From NCBI GenBank assembly GCA_965223705.1, contig OZ245015.1, positions 480,001-544,000 on the forward strand: DNA of 64,000 bases, read 5' to 3'. Below, piece by piece: positions 19,397 to 28,858 of the stretch (position 1 is the first letter of the stretch; the number at the start of each line of letters is the position of its first letter). This DNA comes from Myxococcota bacterium. Lineage in GTDB: Bacteria > Myxococcota_A > UBA9160 > UBA6930. Position numbers and translations under genes: made by a program. Under the pieces are notes generated by a model. The model saw only the letters and a program-made list of their open reading frames with translations. It was not told where the DNA came from and did no database searches.

Positions 19397-20667
19397 CCGA
19401 TGACCTCGCAGAGCGTCTCGAGCGCTGCGTGGAATACCTCTCGCTCGATGTTCAGAGCCGGCGTGATCGACAGCACGGAGCCCAGGGGGCCGGAGGGCAA
19501 GGTGATTACGCCGCGCTCGAGCGCGGCGCGGCACGTCGCGATTGAGCTTTCCGGTCGCGCGAATTCGATGCCGATCATCAAGCCGAGCCCGCGAACGCAA
19601 CGGACGCTCGCACGAGCGTCGAGCGCGTCCGTCAAGAACGCGCGGGCTTCGTCGCCGACGCGCGCGGCGCGCTCGGGAAGTTTCTCTTCCTCGATCACGG
19701 CCATGTTGGCCAGCGCGGCCGCGCAGCTCGGCGGATGTCCGAGGAAGGTCTGGGTATGCAACGCCTCGCCCGTCGACACCGGCCAAGCGTCCATCACGTG
19801 CTCGAGACCGAGACACGCGGAAATCGGCATCCCGCCGCTCAGCCCTTTGCCGACGCACATCAAGTCGGGGACTACGTCTTCGTGCTCGCAAGCGAACCAG
19901 GTCCCGGTCCGACCGAAGCCCGTGTACACCTCGTCCGCGATGAGGAGGTAGCCCTGATCATCGCAAAGCGATCGCAACTCGCGGAGGAAGCCCCGCGGAG
20001 GGACGACCTCGCCGCCGCGACCGAGGACGGGCTCGACGAGAACGGCGCCCACCGGGGTCGGGCAGGTTTCCGCTGCGCGAAGGACGTCCGCTGCGTCGCC
20101 GTAGCGCGCAAAGCGCGTCGTTTCGGGAAGCCGCCCGACGAACGGCGCTCGGAAGCGCTCGCCGTGGGTGACCGCCAACGTGCCGAGGGAGACGCCGTGG
20201 TAGGAGCCTTCGAAAGCGACGACACCGTCGCGGCCTGTGGCGAGCGACGCGGTCTTGAGTGCGGTTTCAACGGCATCGGCGCCGCTCGACACCAGGGTGA
20301 CCCGGGCCTTGGCGCCGCCGGGGTAGCGACCCGAGAGCGCTTCGAGCAGCTCGACCTTGACCGCCGACGGGTAGACGTCGCCCATCCCGTGCAGCAACGC
20401 GCCGGCTTGTTCGCGGACAGCGGCGACCACGCGGGGGTGGCTGTGCCCGGTGTTCGCGACGCCGAACGCGGCGGATAGGTCGACGAACCGGTTGCCGTCG
20501 ACGTCCCAGACGTTGGCACCGGACGCGCGCTCCCAGAAAATGGGAAGCGGATCGATGCAAGTGACGTCGGAGGTCTCGGCTTGCGCGAGGCGCGAGGCGA
20601 GGGCGCGGGAACGCGGCCCCGGGATTTCGCTGCGAGCTTCCGGCGGGTATGTCTGCGGGGCCGCCAT
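19393..20667 (-). CDS. Class III PLP-dependent aminotransferase (omega-amino acid / GABA-T-like)
   Basis: DVDGNRFVDL, SGADAVETALK, FEGSYHG, EPVLGRGG, LIADEVYTGFGRTG, PDLMCVGKGLSGG, HTQTFLG. Confidence 0.92.
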   Translation of the reverse strand: MAAPQTYPPEARSEIPGPRSRALASRLAQAETSDVTCIDPLPIFWERASGANVWDVDGNRFVDLSAAFGVANTGHSHPRVVAAVREQAGALLHGMGDVYPSAVKVELLEALSGRYPGGAKARVTLVSSGADAVETALKTASLATGRDGVVAFEGSYHGVSLGTLAVTHGERFRAPFVGRLPETTRFARYGDAADVLRAAETCPTPVGAVLVEPVLGRGGEVVPPRGFLRELRSLCDDQGYLLIADEVYTGFGRTGTWFACEHEDVVPDLMCVGKGLSGGMPISACLGLEHVMDAWPVSTGEALHTQTFLGHPPSCAAALANMAVIEEEKLPERAARVGDEARAFLTDALDARASVRCVRGLGLMIGIEFARPESSIATCRAALERGVITLPSGPLGSVLSITPALNIEREVFHAALETLCEVIG

Positions 20668-20697
20668 TGCGCCAGTGTAGCGAGTAGACTTCCGCCG

Positions 20698-21225
20698 ATG
20701 GCCGGAAGCGCCAACTGCTATGTCGCGCTCGGTGCGAACCTCGGAGATCGACTCGAGCACCTGGAGCTCGCGTTGCGCTGCTTCTCGGGCGATCCCCGCC
20801 TCGACGTCGTGGCGGTGTCGCACGTGTATGAGACCGCCCCGGTGGGCGGACCCGCGGACCAACCCGCTTACTTGAACGCGGCGGCGGCTCTGCGCGCCGA
20901 CGTCTCTCCCGAGGATCTACTTGCGAAGCTCCTCCGCATCGAATCGCGCGCCGGTCGCCGTCGCGACGGTGTCCGCGACGCGCCCCGGGAGCTCGATCTC
21001 GATCTGCTCGATTTCTCCGGGCGCAGCATCGAGTCGCCGGAGCTCGTGTTGCCCCACCCGAGGCTCCATCTGCGCGCTTTTGCCTTGTTGCCCCTGCGAG
21101 ACGTCGCACCCGATTGGGTGCATCCGGTAACCGGACGTACCGTAGATGCTCTGTTGGAAGAGGCGGTGGACCGCCGCGACGCGCGCCGCCTAGAAGGAGT
21201 CCGCCTGTGGCCATTGTCGCCGTAA
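20698..21225 (+). CDS. folK: 2-amino-4-hydroxy-6-hydroxymethyldihydropteridine diphosphokinase
   Basis: YVALGANLGDR, YETAPVG, QPAYLN, PRELDLDLL, LPHPRLHLRAF. Confidence 0.95.
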   Translation: MAGSANCYVALGANLGDRLEHLELALRCFSGDPRLDVVAVSHVYETAPVGGPADQPAYLNAAAALRADVSPEDLLAKLLRIESRAGRRRDGVRDAPRELDLDLLDFSGRSIESPELVLPHPRLHLRAFALLPLRDVAPDWVHPVTGRTVDALLEEAVDRRDARRLEGVRLWPLSP

Positions 21226-21512
21226 GCCTTTCTCCCGTCGGTGAGGGCGTCAGCGTCGGTGCCGACGTCGCCCGAGCCCTCGCCGTGTTGAAGAATCAAG
21301 ACCGGGTTCGCTGGGAGCTCGGCGCCATGTTTACGACCTTGGAAGGCGAGTTGCCCGAGATCTTCGATCTGATCCTCGCGATGCGAGAAGCCATCTTCGA
21401 GGCGGGCGCCCTGCGCGTCGGTGCCGTCATCAAAGTCGACGAGCGGCGCGACCGTTCGGTGTCGATCGACGACAAACTCGCCTCGGTGGAAGCGCGCCTC
21501 GAGGATCAGTAG
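21207..21512 (+). CDS. MTH1187/YkoF-like thiamine-binding family protein
   Basis: AVSLSPVG..SV, GAMFTTLEG, RV..VIKVDERRD..SIDDKL.SV. Confidence 0.85.
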   Translation: MAIVAVSLSPVGEGVSVGADVARALAVLKNQDRVRWELGAMFTTLEGELPEIFDLILAMREAIFEAGALRVGAVIKVDERRDRSVSIDDKLASVEARLEDQ

Positions 21513-21543
21513 CGTTGCTCGCGGAAGCAGTGGGAGACCCACC

Positions 21544-22089
21544 ATGACCAAGAGGATCGAGGCGCCTTTCATCCTGGGGCGGAGACAGTTCTTGGCGGCG
21601 ACAGCTTGCGTGCTCGCGTCACCGGTTCAGGCCGTCGCGCGCGACGCTGCACCGGCGCTTTCCGAGTCGACGCGTACGGCTCTCGCAAAGAGCAAGTTCG
21701 TCTACGTCTCCCCGATTCAGTCAAACGGTGAGGAGAGTCGCTGCCACGGCGAGGTGTGGTACGGCTGGCTCGAGGGCTCGGTCTTCATGACGTGCGCCTC
21801 GGACAGTTGGAAGGTGCGGGCGGTGAAGAAGGGCCTCGACCGCGCGCGAATTTGGGTGGGCGACTACGGGCGCTGGCGGAAGGCGCTCGGAGAGAACCGG
21901 GATTTCTTGAATGGGCCCCGCTTCGAGGCGGCGGCCAGCGTCTCCGAAGACACGGATCAGGTGGCGAGGCTCCTCGCGGAGCTCGCCCGCAAGTACCCGA
22001 AGGAGTTCCCCGGCTGGAAGGACCGAATGGAGTCGGGCCACCGCGACGGCTCGCGGTTGCTACTCCGCTACACGCCGGTTTCCGCTTAG
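21544..22089 (+). CDS. Tat-exported hypothetical protein, possible split beta-barrel (PPOX-like) fold
   Basis: GRRQFL twin-arginine motif followed by hydrophobic stretch and AxA site; EVW...SWKVR...LARKY pattern resembles PPOX/DUF2255-like proteins. Confidence 0.55.
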   Translation: MTKRIEAPFILGRRQFLAATACVLASPVQAVARDAAPALSESTRTALAKSKFVYVSPIQSNGEESRCHGEVWYGWLEGSVFMTCASDSWKVRAVKKGLDRARIWVGDYGRWRKALGENRDFLNGPRFEAAASVSEDTDQVARLLAELARKYPKEFPGWKDRMESGHRDGSRLLLRYTPVSA

Positions 22090-22178
22090 CCGGGCCCCTC
22101 CGGGGCTTTCGTCAAGCGAGCTCTTCTGACGGCCGATACGACCTGTAGCCCTCGTGTGATGGGCAACCGGAGACGGCC

Positions 22179-22541
22179 ATGCGGAAACTCTTGTCCTTGG
22201 CGAAACAAACTGGCGGCGGGTTCGCCCTCGCGGCGGCACTCGTGCTCGCTCCCGGCGGTGTCACGTTGGTCCACGCCGGAACCTCGGATCGGCAAACCGT
22301 TCGCGGTCCGGTCGCGGGTGTCAAGGACGAGGCGATCTGCACCGCCGACGATCAGCCCGGCCCGGCCAAAGCGCTCGCCGCGCACCGGGAGATGCGGGCG
22401 AAGCTCGCGGCCGAGATGGAAGCCGCCAAGGCATCTGGCGAGTTCATTCCGCTCGACGGCAATGGCTACAACTACGCCCTCGAAGATCGGCAGCGCGGGG
22501 AACTCATCCGCGCAGCGCTCGAAGCGGCGGAGAAGCGGTAG
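22179..22541 (+). CDS. Hypothetical exported protein
   Basis: GGAG RBS, hydrophobic signal-like segment, GC3-rich codons; fills intergenic gap. Confidence 0.5.
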   Translation: MRKLLSLAKQTGGGFALAAALVLAPGGVTLVHAGTSDRQTVRGPVAGVKDEAICTADDQPGPAKALAAHREMRAKLAAEMEAAKASGEFIPLDGNGYNYALEDRQRGELIRAALEAAEKR

Positions 22542-22607
22542 CCCGAAGTCACATTGCGTCGGATCGTCTGAGCTACCGTTTCGCGAACTCGCGGAAAGGG
22601 GCTCACA

Positions 22608-23636
22608 ATGAAGCTCGGACTCATGGTCGGGTACTCCGGCGGCTCGATGACCATCGACACAGAATCAATCCTCGAGGCCGAGCGTCTCGGGTTTGACTCC
22701 GTATGGACGGCCGAGGCTTACGGCTCTGACGCGGCTACACCGCTGGCCTACATCGCCGCGCTGACGGACCGCATCAAGCTCGGTACCGCGATCTTCCAGA
22801 TGCCGGCGCGCACGCCCGCGATGACCGCGATGACGGCGATGAGTCTCGACGCATTGTCCGGCGGGCGCTTCATCCTCGGGCTCGGCCCGAGTGGTCCCCA
22901 AGTGGTCGAAGGGTGGCACGGGGTGCCCTACGGCCGCCCGCTGACGCGCACGAAGGAATACATCCAGATCGTGCGGAAAATCTTGGCGCGCGAAGGACCC
23001 CTCGAGCACAAGGGCTTTCACTACGAGATCCCCTACATGGGAGATGGCTCGACCGGGCTCGGCAAGCCGCTAAAGAGCATTCTCCGCGGTCGGCCCGACA
23101 TGGAAATCTTCACCGCGTCCATCGGTCCGAAGGGCATCGCGTGCAGCGGCGAAGTCGCGGACGGTCTGTTTCCGGTTTGGATGGATCCGCAGAAGCCCGA
23201 ACTGTTCGACCCGTATCTCGCCGAGGGGTTCGCGAAGCGAACCGACGGCAAGAAGCGGGAGACGTTCCGCATGGCGCCGTTCGTCACCTGCGTGATGGGC
23301 GACGACCTCGAACGTTGCCGCATGCCGGTGAAGGGGATGCTCGCCCTCTACATCGGCGGCATGGGGGCGCGCGGGAAGAATTTCTACAACGACTATGCGA
23401 AGCGCATGGGCTACGAAGCCGAAGCCGTGGAGATCCAAGATCTCTACCTCGCGGGCAACAAGAACGAAGCGATGGCCAAGGTCCCCGACGCGCTGGTCGA
23501 TGAGGTCGCGCTGGTCGGCTCGGCGGATCGCATTCGCGATCAGCTCGCCAGGTGGAAGGGCACGACGGTGAACGACATGCTCATCTCGTGCAATCAGAAG
23601 CCCGCGCTGCGTGTGTTGGCCGAGTCGATTCTCTAG
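22608..23636 (+). CDS. LLM-class, probably F420-dependent oxidoreductase
   Basis: [59 protein letters not shown]. Confidence 0.9.
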   Translation: MKLGLMVGYSGGSMTIDTESILEAERLGFDSVWTAEAYGSDAATPLAYIAALTDRIKLGTAIFQMPARTPAMTAMTAMSLDALSGGRFILGLGPSGPQVVEGWHGVPYGRPLTRTKEYIQIVRKILAREGPLEHKGFHYEIPYMGDGSTGLGKPLKSILRGRPDMEIFTASIGPKGIACSGEVADGLFPVWMDPQKPELFDPYLAEGFAKRTDGKKRETFRMAPFVTCVMGDDLERCRMPVKGMLALYIGGMGARGKNFYNDYAKRMGYEAEAVEIQDLYLAGNKNEAMAKVPDALVDEVALVGSADRIRDQLARWKGTTVNDMLISCNQKPALRVLAESIL

Positions 23637-24646
23637 TCGACGCGCTTCCGCGCTCGAGTGAGCGCGTCGATCGCGTCGTCGATGTCAGCGCGCGTGACAC
23701 CCAGGTGCGTCACCGCGCGGAAGCGCGTCGCGGCGAAAGCGATCAAGAGGACGCCTTCCTCACGCGCCGCTTCGAGAAACCGCGATCCGGCGTCACAGTG
23801 AAACATCACGATGTTGGTTTCCGGCTCTTCGACGGCGAAACCGCGCTCGCGAAGTCCGGTGGCGAGCCGCCTCGCGTTGTCGTGATCTTCGGCCAGCCGG
23901 TCCAGGTGATGCTCGAGGGCGTAGAGTCCGCCGGAGGCGACGATCCCCGCTTGTCGCATCCCGCCGCCCATACGCTTGCGGAACCGGTGAAGCGTTTCGG
24001 CGTAGGCCGAACTCGTCGCGACGAGCGAGCCCACCGGCGCACCGAGTCCTTTCGACAGGCAGCACGAGACCGTGTCGAAGGGAGCGGCAAAATCGCGGAG
24101 GGGAACCCCCGTGGCGACGGAGGCGTTCCAGATGCGTGCGCCGTCCAGGTGAATTGCCAGGCCGCCCGCACGACCGGCGTCCGCGATTTTTCGAATCGTC
24201 TCGAGCGGGAAGATTCTCCCGCCCGCGGCGTTATGGGTGTTCTCGATGGCCACCACGGTCGCCGGAGCTCGGTGGGGATCTCGCGGGGGGAGCGCTTCGC
24301 GGAGGTCGTTTTCGTCGAAGAGGCCCGTCTCGCCCAACGTGTGGATGTGCAACCCCGCCAGTGCCGAAGCCGCGCCGGATTCGTAGCGCAGGATGTGCGC
24401 GCCGTGCCCCGCGATGACGACGTCCCCCGGACGGGTCAACGTCTGCAACGCGACTTGGTTGGCCATGGTTCCGGACGGGAAGAAGAGCGCCGTCTCTTTC
24501 CCGAGCAGGGACGCAACGCGCTCCTGCAAACGATTCACGCTCGGATCTTCGGCGAAGACGTCGTCCCCGACGGGGGCGTCCGCCATCACTTTTCGCATGG
24601 CATCGGTAGGGCGCGTCAACGTGTCGCTGCGGAGGTCGATCGGCAT
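23633..24646 (-). CDS. ltaE: Low-specificity L-threonine aldolase
   Basis: [58 protein letters not shown]. Confidence 0.93.
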   Translation of the reverse strand: MPIDLRSDTLTRPTDAMRKVMADAPVGDDVFAEDPSVNRLQERVASLLGKETALFFPSGTMANQVALQTLTRPGDVVIAGHGAHILRYESGAASALAGLHIHTLGETGLFDENDLREALPPRDPHRAPATVVAIENTHNAAGGRIFPLETIRKIADAGRAGGLAIHLDGARIWNASVATGVPLRDFAAPFDTVSCCLSKGLGAPVGSLVATSSAYAETLHRFRKRMGGGMRQAGIVASGGLYALEHHLDRLAEDHDNARRLATGLRERGFAVEEPETNIVMFHCDAGSRFLEAAREEGVLLIAFAATRFRAVTHLGVTRADIDDAIDALTRARKRVD

Positions 24647-24702
24647 GCGGAAAAGCATAGCCCCGGCGGCGACCGCTCCCGAGGGTACGTTAGCGTTGCG
24701 CC

Positions 24703-25473
24703 GTGACCTCCGAAGAGCGAAATCGAGAAGCGCAGCTCGCCGATGCTTGGCGCCGCGCATCGCGCGTTTCGATCCTCACGGGAGCCGGCCTTTCCACGGC
24801 GTCGGGTATTCCCGATTTCCGCTCCCCAGGTGGGCGTTGGGAACGCTACCAGCCCGTTCCGCTCCCGGAGTTTCTCGAGAGCGAGACGTCTCGCGAAACG
24901 TATTGGGGCTACAAGCGCGAGACGTGGCCGGTCATCCAGGCCGCCGAGCCGAATCCCGCCCACGACGCACTGGCCTCACTCGGCCGAGCCGGGAAAATCG
25001 CGTTGTTGGTCACCCAGAACGTCGATGGTCTGCACGAACGCAGCGGGTTTCCGACAGACCGCCTGGTGAACATTCACGGCACCGACGCTCGGGTCCGGTG
25101 TTTGTCGTGCAGCGAGGGGTTCAGTCGGGAGGCGATTCAACATCGGCTCGAGGAAGGCGAGCGGGTCCCGCGGTGCGCGTGCGGAGGGTTGCTCAAACCC
25201 GAGACGATCTCCTTTGGACAAAGTCTCGTCGAAGACGATTTGCAACGCGCGTTCGAGGGCGCGGCGAAGTGCGACTTGTTCGTCGCCGTGGGAACGTCTC
25301 TGGTGGTCGGTCCGATCAACGCGATGTTTGACATCGCGGAGCGGGCGGGAGCCGAGACCGCGATCTTGACCGCGAGCGAGACACCTTTCGATGAGCGGGC
25401 GGGACACCGGCTCCACAGTCCACTCGAAACGGTGCTGCCGGCCTTGTGTGCCGGCGTTCTCGGAACGCACTAG
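24703..25473 (+). CDS. cobB: Sir2-family NAD-dependent protein deacylase (sirtuin)
   Basis: [43 protein letters not shown] zinc ligands, LKP...FG, GTSLVV. Confidence 0.93.
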   Translation: MTSEERNREAQLADAWRRASRVSILTGAGLSTASGIPDFRSPGGRWERYQPVPLPEFLESETSRETYWGYKRETWPVIQAAEPNPAHDALASLGRAGKIALLVTQNVDGLHERSGFPTDRLVNIHGTDARVRCLSCSEGFSREAIQHRLEEGERVPRCACGGLLKPETISFGQSLVEDDLQRAFEGAAKCDLFVAVGTSLVVGPINAMFDIAERAGAETAILTASETPFDERAGHRLHSPLETVLPALCAGVLGTH

Positions 25474-25517
25474 TCCCGAAATCGGCAGGTAGAAGGCGTC
25501 TCGCGGCGTTTTTTTGT

Positions 25518-25545
25518 TTGACTCCGTCGGTGGAATTCGTAACAT
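25518..25545 (+). promoter_or_regulatory. Putative sigma70-type promoter for the histone gene
   Basis: TTGACT-N16-TAACAT preceded by a T-rich tract, ~90 bp upstream of ATG 25634; RBS GAGGTAGGA. Confidence 0.5.
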
Positions 25546-25633
25546 CCGGCGGCCCGCAACGAACGGGATCGCGTTTCGCGGCTCGGCGGGTCCATCGAAA
25601 AGTTAAAACCGTTCACGGGGAAAGAGGTAGGAC

Positions 25634-25849
25634 ATGGCAGCACGAAGAAAGAAGACGACCCGCCGCCGCTCGTCGAAGCCGGCAGAGCTGATTATTTCGA
25701 AGGCTCGCACGAAGGCTTCCGTCAAGAAGTGCAACGTTGGCGCGGAATTCTACGAGGCCCTCGACAAGGTCGTCCGCGACATGATCAAGGGCGCCGAGGC
25801 GCGCGCGATCGGCAACAAGCGCAAGACGCTGAAAGCGGTCGATCTCTAG
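25634..25849 (+). CDS. Bacterial histone-fold protein with basic N-terminal tail
   Basis: Core ELIISKARTK...NVGAEFYEALDKVVRDMIKGAEARAIGNKRKTLKAVDL matches the short prokaryotic histone pattern (long alpha2, RKTxxxxD, truncated alpha3); strong RBS, own promoter and terminator. Confidence 0.88.
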   Translation: MAARRKKTTRRRSSKPAELIISKARTKASVKKCNVGAEFYEALDKVVRDMIKGAEARAIGNKRKTLKAVDL

Positions 25850-25870
25850 CAGCGCTTTGCCGGAAACGGC

Positions 25871-25920
25871 ACGATAAAAGGCGGCGCGGGTCAAAGCCCG
25901 CGCCGCCTTCGTCGTTTTTA
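25871..25920. terminator. Bidirectional intrinsic terminator hairpin between convergent genes
   Basis: 13-bp perfect stem aaggcggcgcggg / cccgcgccgcctt with A-tract before and T-tract after. Confidence 0.8.
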
Positions 25921-27081
25921 ACCGTCCTCTTGGTCTTCGAGGGGTTCCGTGAAATGCGCGGGAACGACGCTTCGGTCGAGGTTGGCTCCGACTCGGAACA
26001 GATGAACGAGGGAGACTCGCCGCGCGACCTCTTCGAGGCCGAGCCCGCGTCGCGCCGCCACGTACTCGAGGCCCGCGCTGGCAATGGTGAGCGCTTTGCG
26101 GAGTGCCGCGGGTAGCGTTTCGGCATCGCCCAGCGGAAGGCGGTCCGCCACCGCGACCCGGTTCGCAAGCGCAATCAGACGAAACAACGCCGCCTGCCTG
26201 TGTCCCTCGTCGAGTGCCTGCAAAGCGAGGAGCAAACTCGGGGTGTCCTCCCGCAGGTCCGGAAGCCGCGGGATCCACACCGGAAGGGACCAGGTTCCGA
26301 TCTCGTGTTCTTCTGGCACGAGATCCCACGTGTGCTCCGGGACGAGGGCGTAGATCTCCAGCGAGGTTTCCTCGTCGGGGAACCCGAGATCCTGCAAGCG
26401 CCCTTCTCTCCAACGCCGCGCCCACTCGCGGTTTTCCGTCGGAAGCTCCCACGACACGGCCTGCAACATGCGGAAATAGCGCCAGTAGTCCTTCTGGAAG
26501 AGGATCCGCAGGAACGTGGTCACGTCCGCAAGATCATCCTGCTCGCGCCGCGCGGTGTAGTAGAACTGACCGTCGAGACTTTGGGCCGCGTCCGGAACTT
26601 TCTCTTCGTCCTCTTTGGTTTTCATGAAGACGTCGACCCGGTCCGCTAGCCAGAGGTAGACGAGCTCGGGATCGAGTTCGTGGCTCACTCGGAGCGCGGC
26701 GTCCTCGCCGGAATTGACGAGTGCGACCATCCACTCGGAGAACTTTGTGGGATCGGGCTCCCGGATGCCCCACGTATCGAGATCCACGCACGCGACCCAC
26801 TGCTCCGGCGTCGCGATGCCGAGCAGCCAGCCGGCATCGTGGAGCCCGATCGCTTTGGCGGTAAAACAGAGCTCGGCTTCCGGCAGCAACGGGACCACGT
26901 TTTCGGGTTCATCGAGGAGACCGAGAAGTTCGGCACGCGCCGCAACCGGGGTTTCGCAGATCACGGCGACGCACTGATCCGCGTCGAGCGAATTCAGTGT
27001 CGCAGAGGCCGCCGCGCGGTCTCGCCGAGCGAGACGCAGCAGATCGCCAGACAGTTCCCGAGGCGCCGCAACGGGTTTCAT
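25918..27081 (-). CDS. Conserved hypothetical protein, DUF6178-like
   Basis: Acidic helical protein with DLDTW and WREGRLQDLGF motifs recalled from DUF6178 proteins; not verified by search. Confidence 0.6.
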   Translation of the reverse strand: MKPVAAPRELSGDLLRLARRDRAAASATLNSLDADQCVAVICETPVAARAELLGLLDEPENVVPLLPEAELCFTAKAIGLHDAGWLLGIATPEQWVACVDLDTWGIREPDPTKFSEWMVALVNSGEDAALRVSHELDPELVYLWLADRVDVFMKTKEDEEKVPDAAQSLDGQFYYTARREQDDLADVTTFLRILFQKDYWRYFRMLQAVSWELPTENREWARRWREGRLQDLGFPDEETSLEIYALVPEHTWDLVPEEHEIGTWSLPVWIPRLPDLREDTPSLLLALQALDEGHRQAALFRLIALANRVAVADRLPLGDAETLPAALRKALTIASAGLEYVAARRGLGLEEVARRVSLVHLFRVGANLDRSVVPAHFTEPLEDQEDG

Positions 27082-27158
27082 AGCCGCAATCTAGCGCGCG
27101 CGGCGTCAAAGCTATGATCCCTGTCCGTGATGTGTTCCGGACGAGGAGGCGGGCTCCC

Positions 27159-27764
27159 GTGATCAGGCTCCCCGAGATTCGAGGCGCGCTCCGGGCCAAG
27201 ACGCCCGCGGAGATGGATCCCGAGGGGCGCAACCAGGCGGCCGTGGCGATGGTTTTCCGCGACGAGCCCGAAGCGACCGAAGTGCTCTTCATCGAGCGCG
27301 CGAGCCATCCGGCGGATCCGTGGTCCGGCCACATGGCCTTTCCCGGCGGGCGTGTCGATCCGGTGGACGCATCCCTCCGGGCGGCCGCCGAGCGCGAGAC
27401 GCGGGAGGAAGTCGGTGTCGAGCTCCGCGGTGCCGAATATCTGGGACGGCTCGACGACATCGAGGGCTATCGGGGCGGTCGCAAAGTGGGCCTCGTGATC
27501 AGCGCGTTCGCGTACTACCACCCGGAGCCGGAAGAGCTCATCCCGTCCTACGAAGTCGCCGAGGCACTTTGGGTGCCGGTCTCACGGCTCTGGGATCCCA
27601 CGCACCGGGTCGATCATCACCACCAGGGGGCGGGGCCGTATCCGGGAATTCAGGTCAGCGAGTCGGCGAGCCACATCGTGTGGGGCCTCACGTACCGCTT
27701 CGTGCAGAACTTCCTCGACTCACTGGGCTTGGACCGCGCCGGAGGCGCCGGGCCGCATCCCTAG
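27159..27764 (+). CDS. Nudix hydrolase, CoA pyrophosphatase (NudL-like)
   Basis: AAVAM, IERA..WSGHMAFPGG, AAERETREEVG Nudix box, VWGLTYR; start uncertain (27114 or 27159). Confidence 0.88.
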   Translation: MIRLPEIRGALRAKTPAEMDPEGRNQAAVAMVFRDEPEATEVLFIERASHPADPWSGHMAFPGGRVDPVDASLRAAAERETREEVGVELRGAEYLGRLDDIEGYRGGRKVGLVISAFAYYHPEPEELIPSYEVAEALWVPVSRLWDPTHRVDHHHQGAGPYPGIQVSESASHIVWGLTYRFVQNFLDSLGLDRAGGAGPHP

Positions 27765-27949
27765 CGTTCGTTCGAATACCCCGCGCATTCTCGGACCGGA
27801 AGCTCGGGGTAGCGGCGAAAGGCCGGGTTCTCGTCGGCCAAGCCGCAGCGATAGAACGCACTGCCTCGCCGATTGCGGGTGATGCGGGCGTGTCGGCAAG
27901 CGGCGCACAAGCCCGCCGTGCCGTTTTCGTCGCGACTCGGTTTTCCCAC
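27761..27949 (-). CDS. Small four-cysteine protein
   Basis: GLCAACRHA...GSAFYRC...FRRYPELPVRECAGY; exactly fills the gap between neighbours. Confidence 0.6.
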   Translation of the reverse strand: MGKPSRDENGTAGLCAACRHARITRNRRGSAFYRCGLADENPAFRRYPELPVRECAGYSNER

Positions 27950-27973
27950 GCGGCGAGTCTACAATCCGCGACC

Positions 27974-28858
27974 ATGCCCCGCAGAGGACGCCGCGACCGA
28001 ATCGACCGAATCCTCGAGCTGACCGAGCGTCTGCTCGGCCGCCACGTGCCGGATCCCCCCGGAAAGGACGTCTTTCGAGACACGGCGGCGTTTCGCTGGG
28101 ATGCCCGGCGCGGGCTCGGCGCCCTTGTGCCGATCGCAGCGCCGCAAGGTTTTGATCTCGACGACTTGGTCGGCGTCGACCGCGCCCGGACGCGACTCCT
28201 CGACAACACGCGTCAGTTCTTGGCGGGCGTCCCTTCGAACCACGTCCTTCTCTACGGCGAACGCGGGACCGGGAAATCTTCGGCGGTGCGCGGCCTCCTG
28301 ACGCGCTTCGCGTCCGAGGGCTTGCGGCTCATCGAGCTCCACAAGAGCGATCTCGTCCATCTTCCCGAGGTGCTCGAAGCGATTCGCGGCGCGCCGTTCC
28401 GGTTCCTGTTGTTCTGCGATGACCTCTCCTTCGACGAGGGGGAGACGGGCTACCGCGAACTCAAGGCGGCATTGGAGGGAAGCCTCGAGGCACCACCCGA
28501 GAACGTGCGGATCATCGCCACCAGCAACCGCCGCTATCTCCTACCGCAGAAGCGCTCCGAGAACGCCGAAGTGCGGGTCGACGAAGACGGAGAGCTCCAT
28601 CCCGGCGAGGCCCTCGAAGAGAAGCTCGCGCTCGCCGATCGCTTCGGACTCGTGCTCGGTTTTTTCTCCTTCGACCAAGACACGTATCTGGCGATCGTCC
28701 GGCGCTACCTCGAGAAAGACGGCGGGCCCGAGCTCGACCCGGGGCTTCGGGAGGAAGCGCTGCGCTGGGCGCTCGATCGCTCGAGCCGATCCGGGCGCAC
28801 GGCGCGCCAATTCGTCGATGACGTTCTCGGCAGGGAGGCGCTCGCCGCCGAGCGCTAG
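27974..28858 (+). CDS. AAA+ ATP-binding protein, DUF815 family
   Basis: NHVLLYGERGTGKSS, FCDDLSF, LKAALEG, ATSNRR, EEKLALADRFGL, SGRTARQF. Confidence 0.92.
   Translation: MPRRGRRDRIDRILELTERLLGRHVPDPPGKDVFRDTAAFRWDARRGLGALVPIAAPQGFDLDDLVGVDRARTRLLDNTRQFLAGVPSNHVLLYGERGTGKSSAVRGLLTRFASEGLRLIELHKSDLVHLPEVLEAIRGAPFRFLLFCDDLSFDEGETGYRELKAALEGSLEAPPENVRIIATSNRRYLLPQKRSENAEVRVDEDGELHPGEALEEKLALADRFGLVLGFFSFDQDTYLAIVRRYLEKDGGPELDPGLREEALRWALDRSSRSGRTARQFVDDVLGREALAAER

Noticed and set aside
17103..23636. Bioluminescence system (luxC/luxE plus luciferase-like LLM genes)
   Set aside because: No luxAB/luxD; the LLM genes are unlinked and resemble general F420/flavin oxidoreductases
24703..25473. Sir2 as an anti-phage NADase (Thoeris/DSR type)
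   Set aside because: Has the zinc-binding module and length of a classical protein deacylase, with no defence partners
25490..25517. Intrinsic terminator after the sirtuin gene
   Set aside because: Stem relies mostly on G-U pairs; the T-tract fits equally well as an UP element of the downstream promoter, so it is left uncalled
25700..25715. ARTK in the histone resembling the H3 N-terminus
   Set aside because: Four residues inside predicted helix 1, not at the terminus; likely chance
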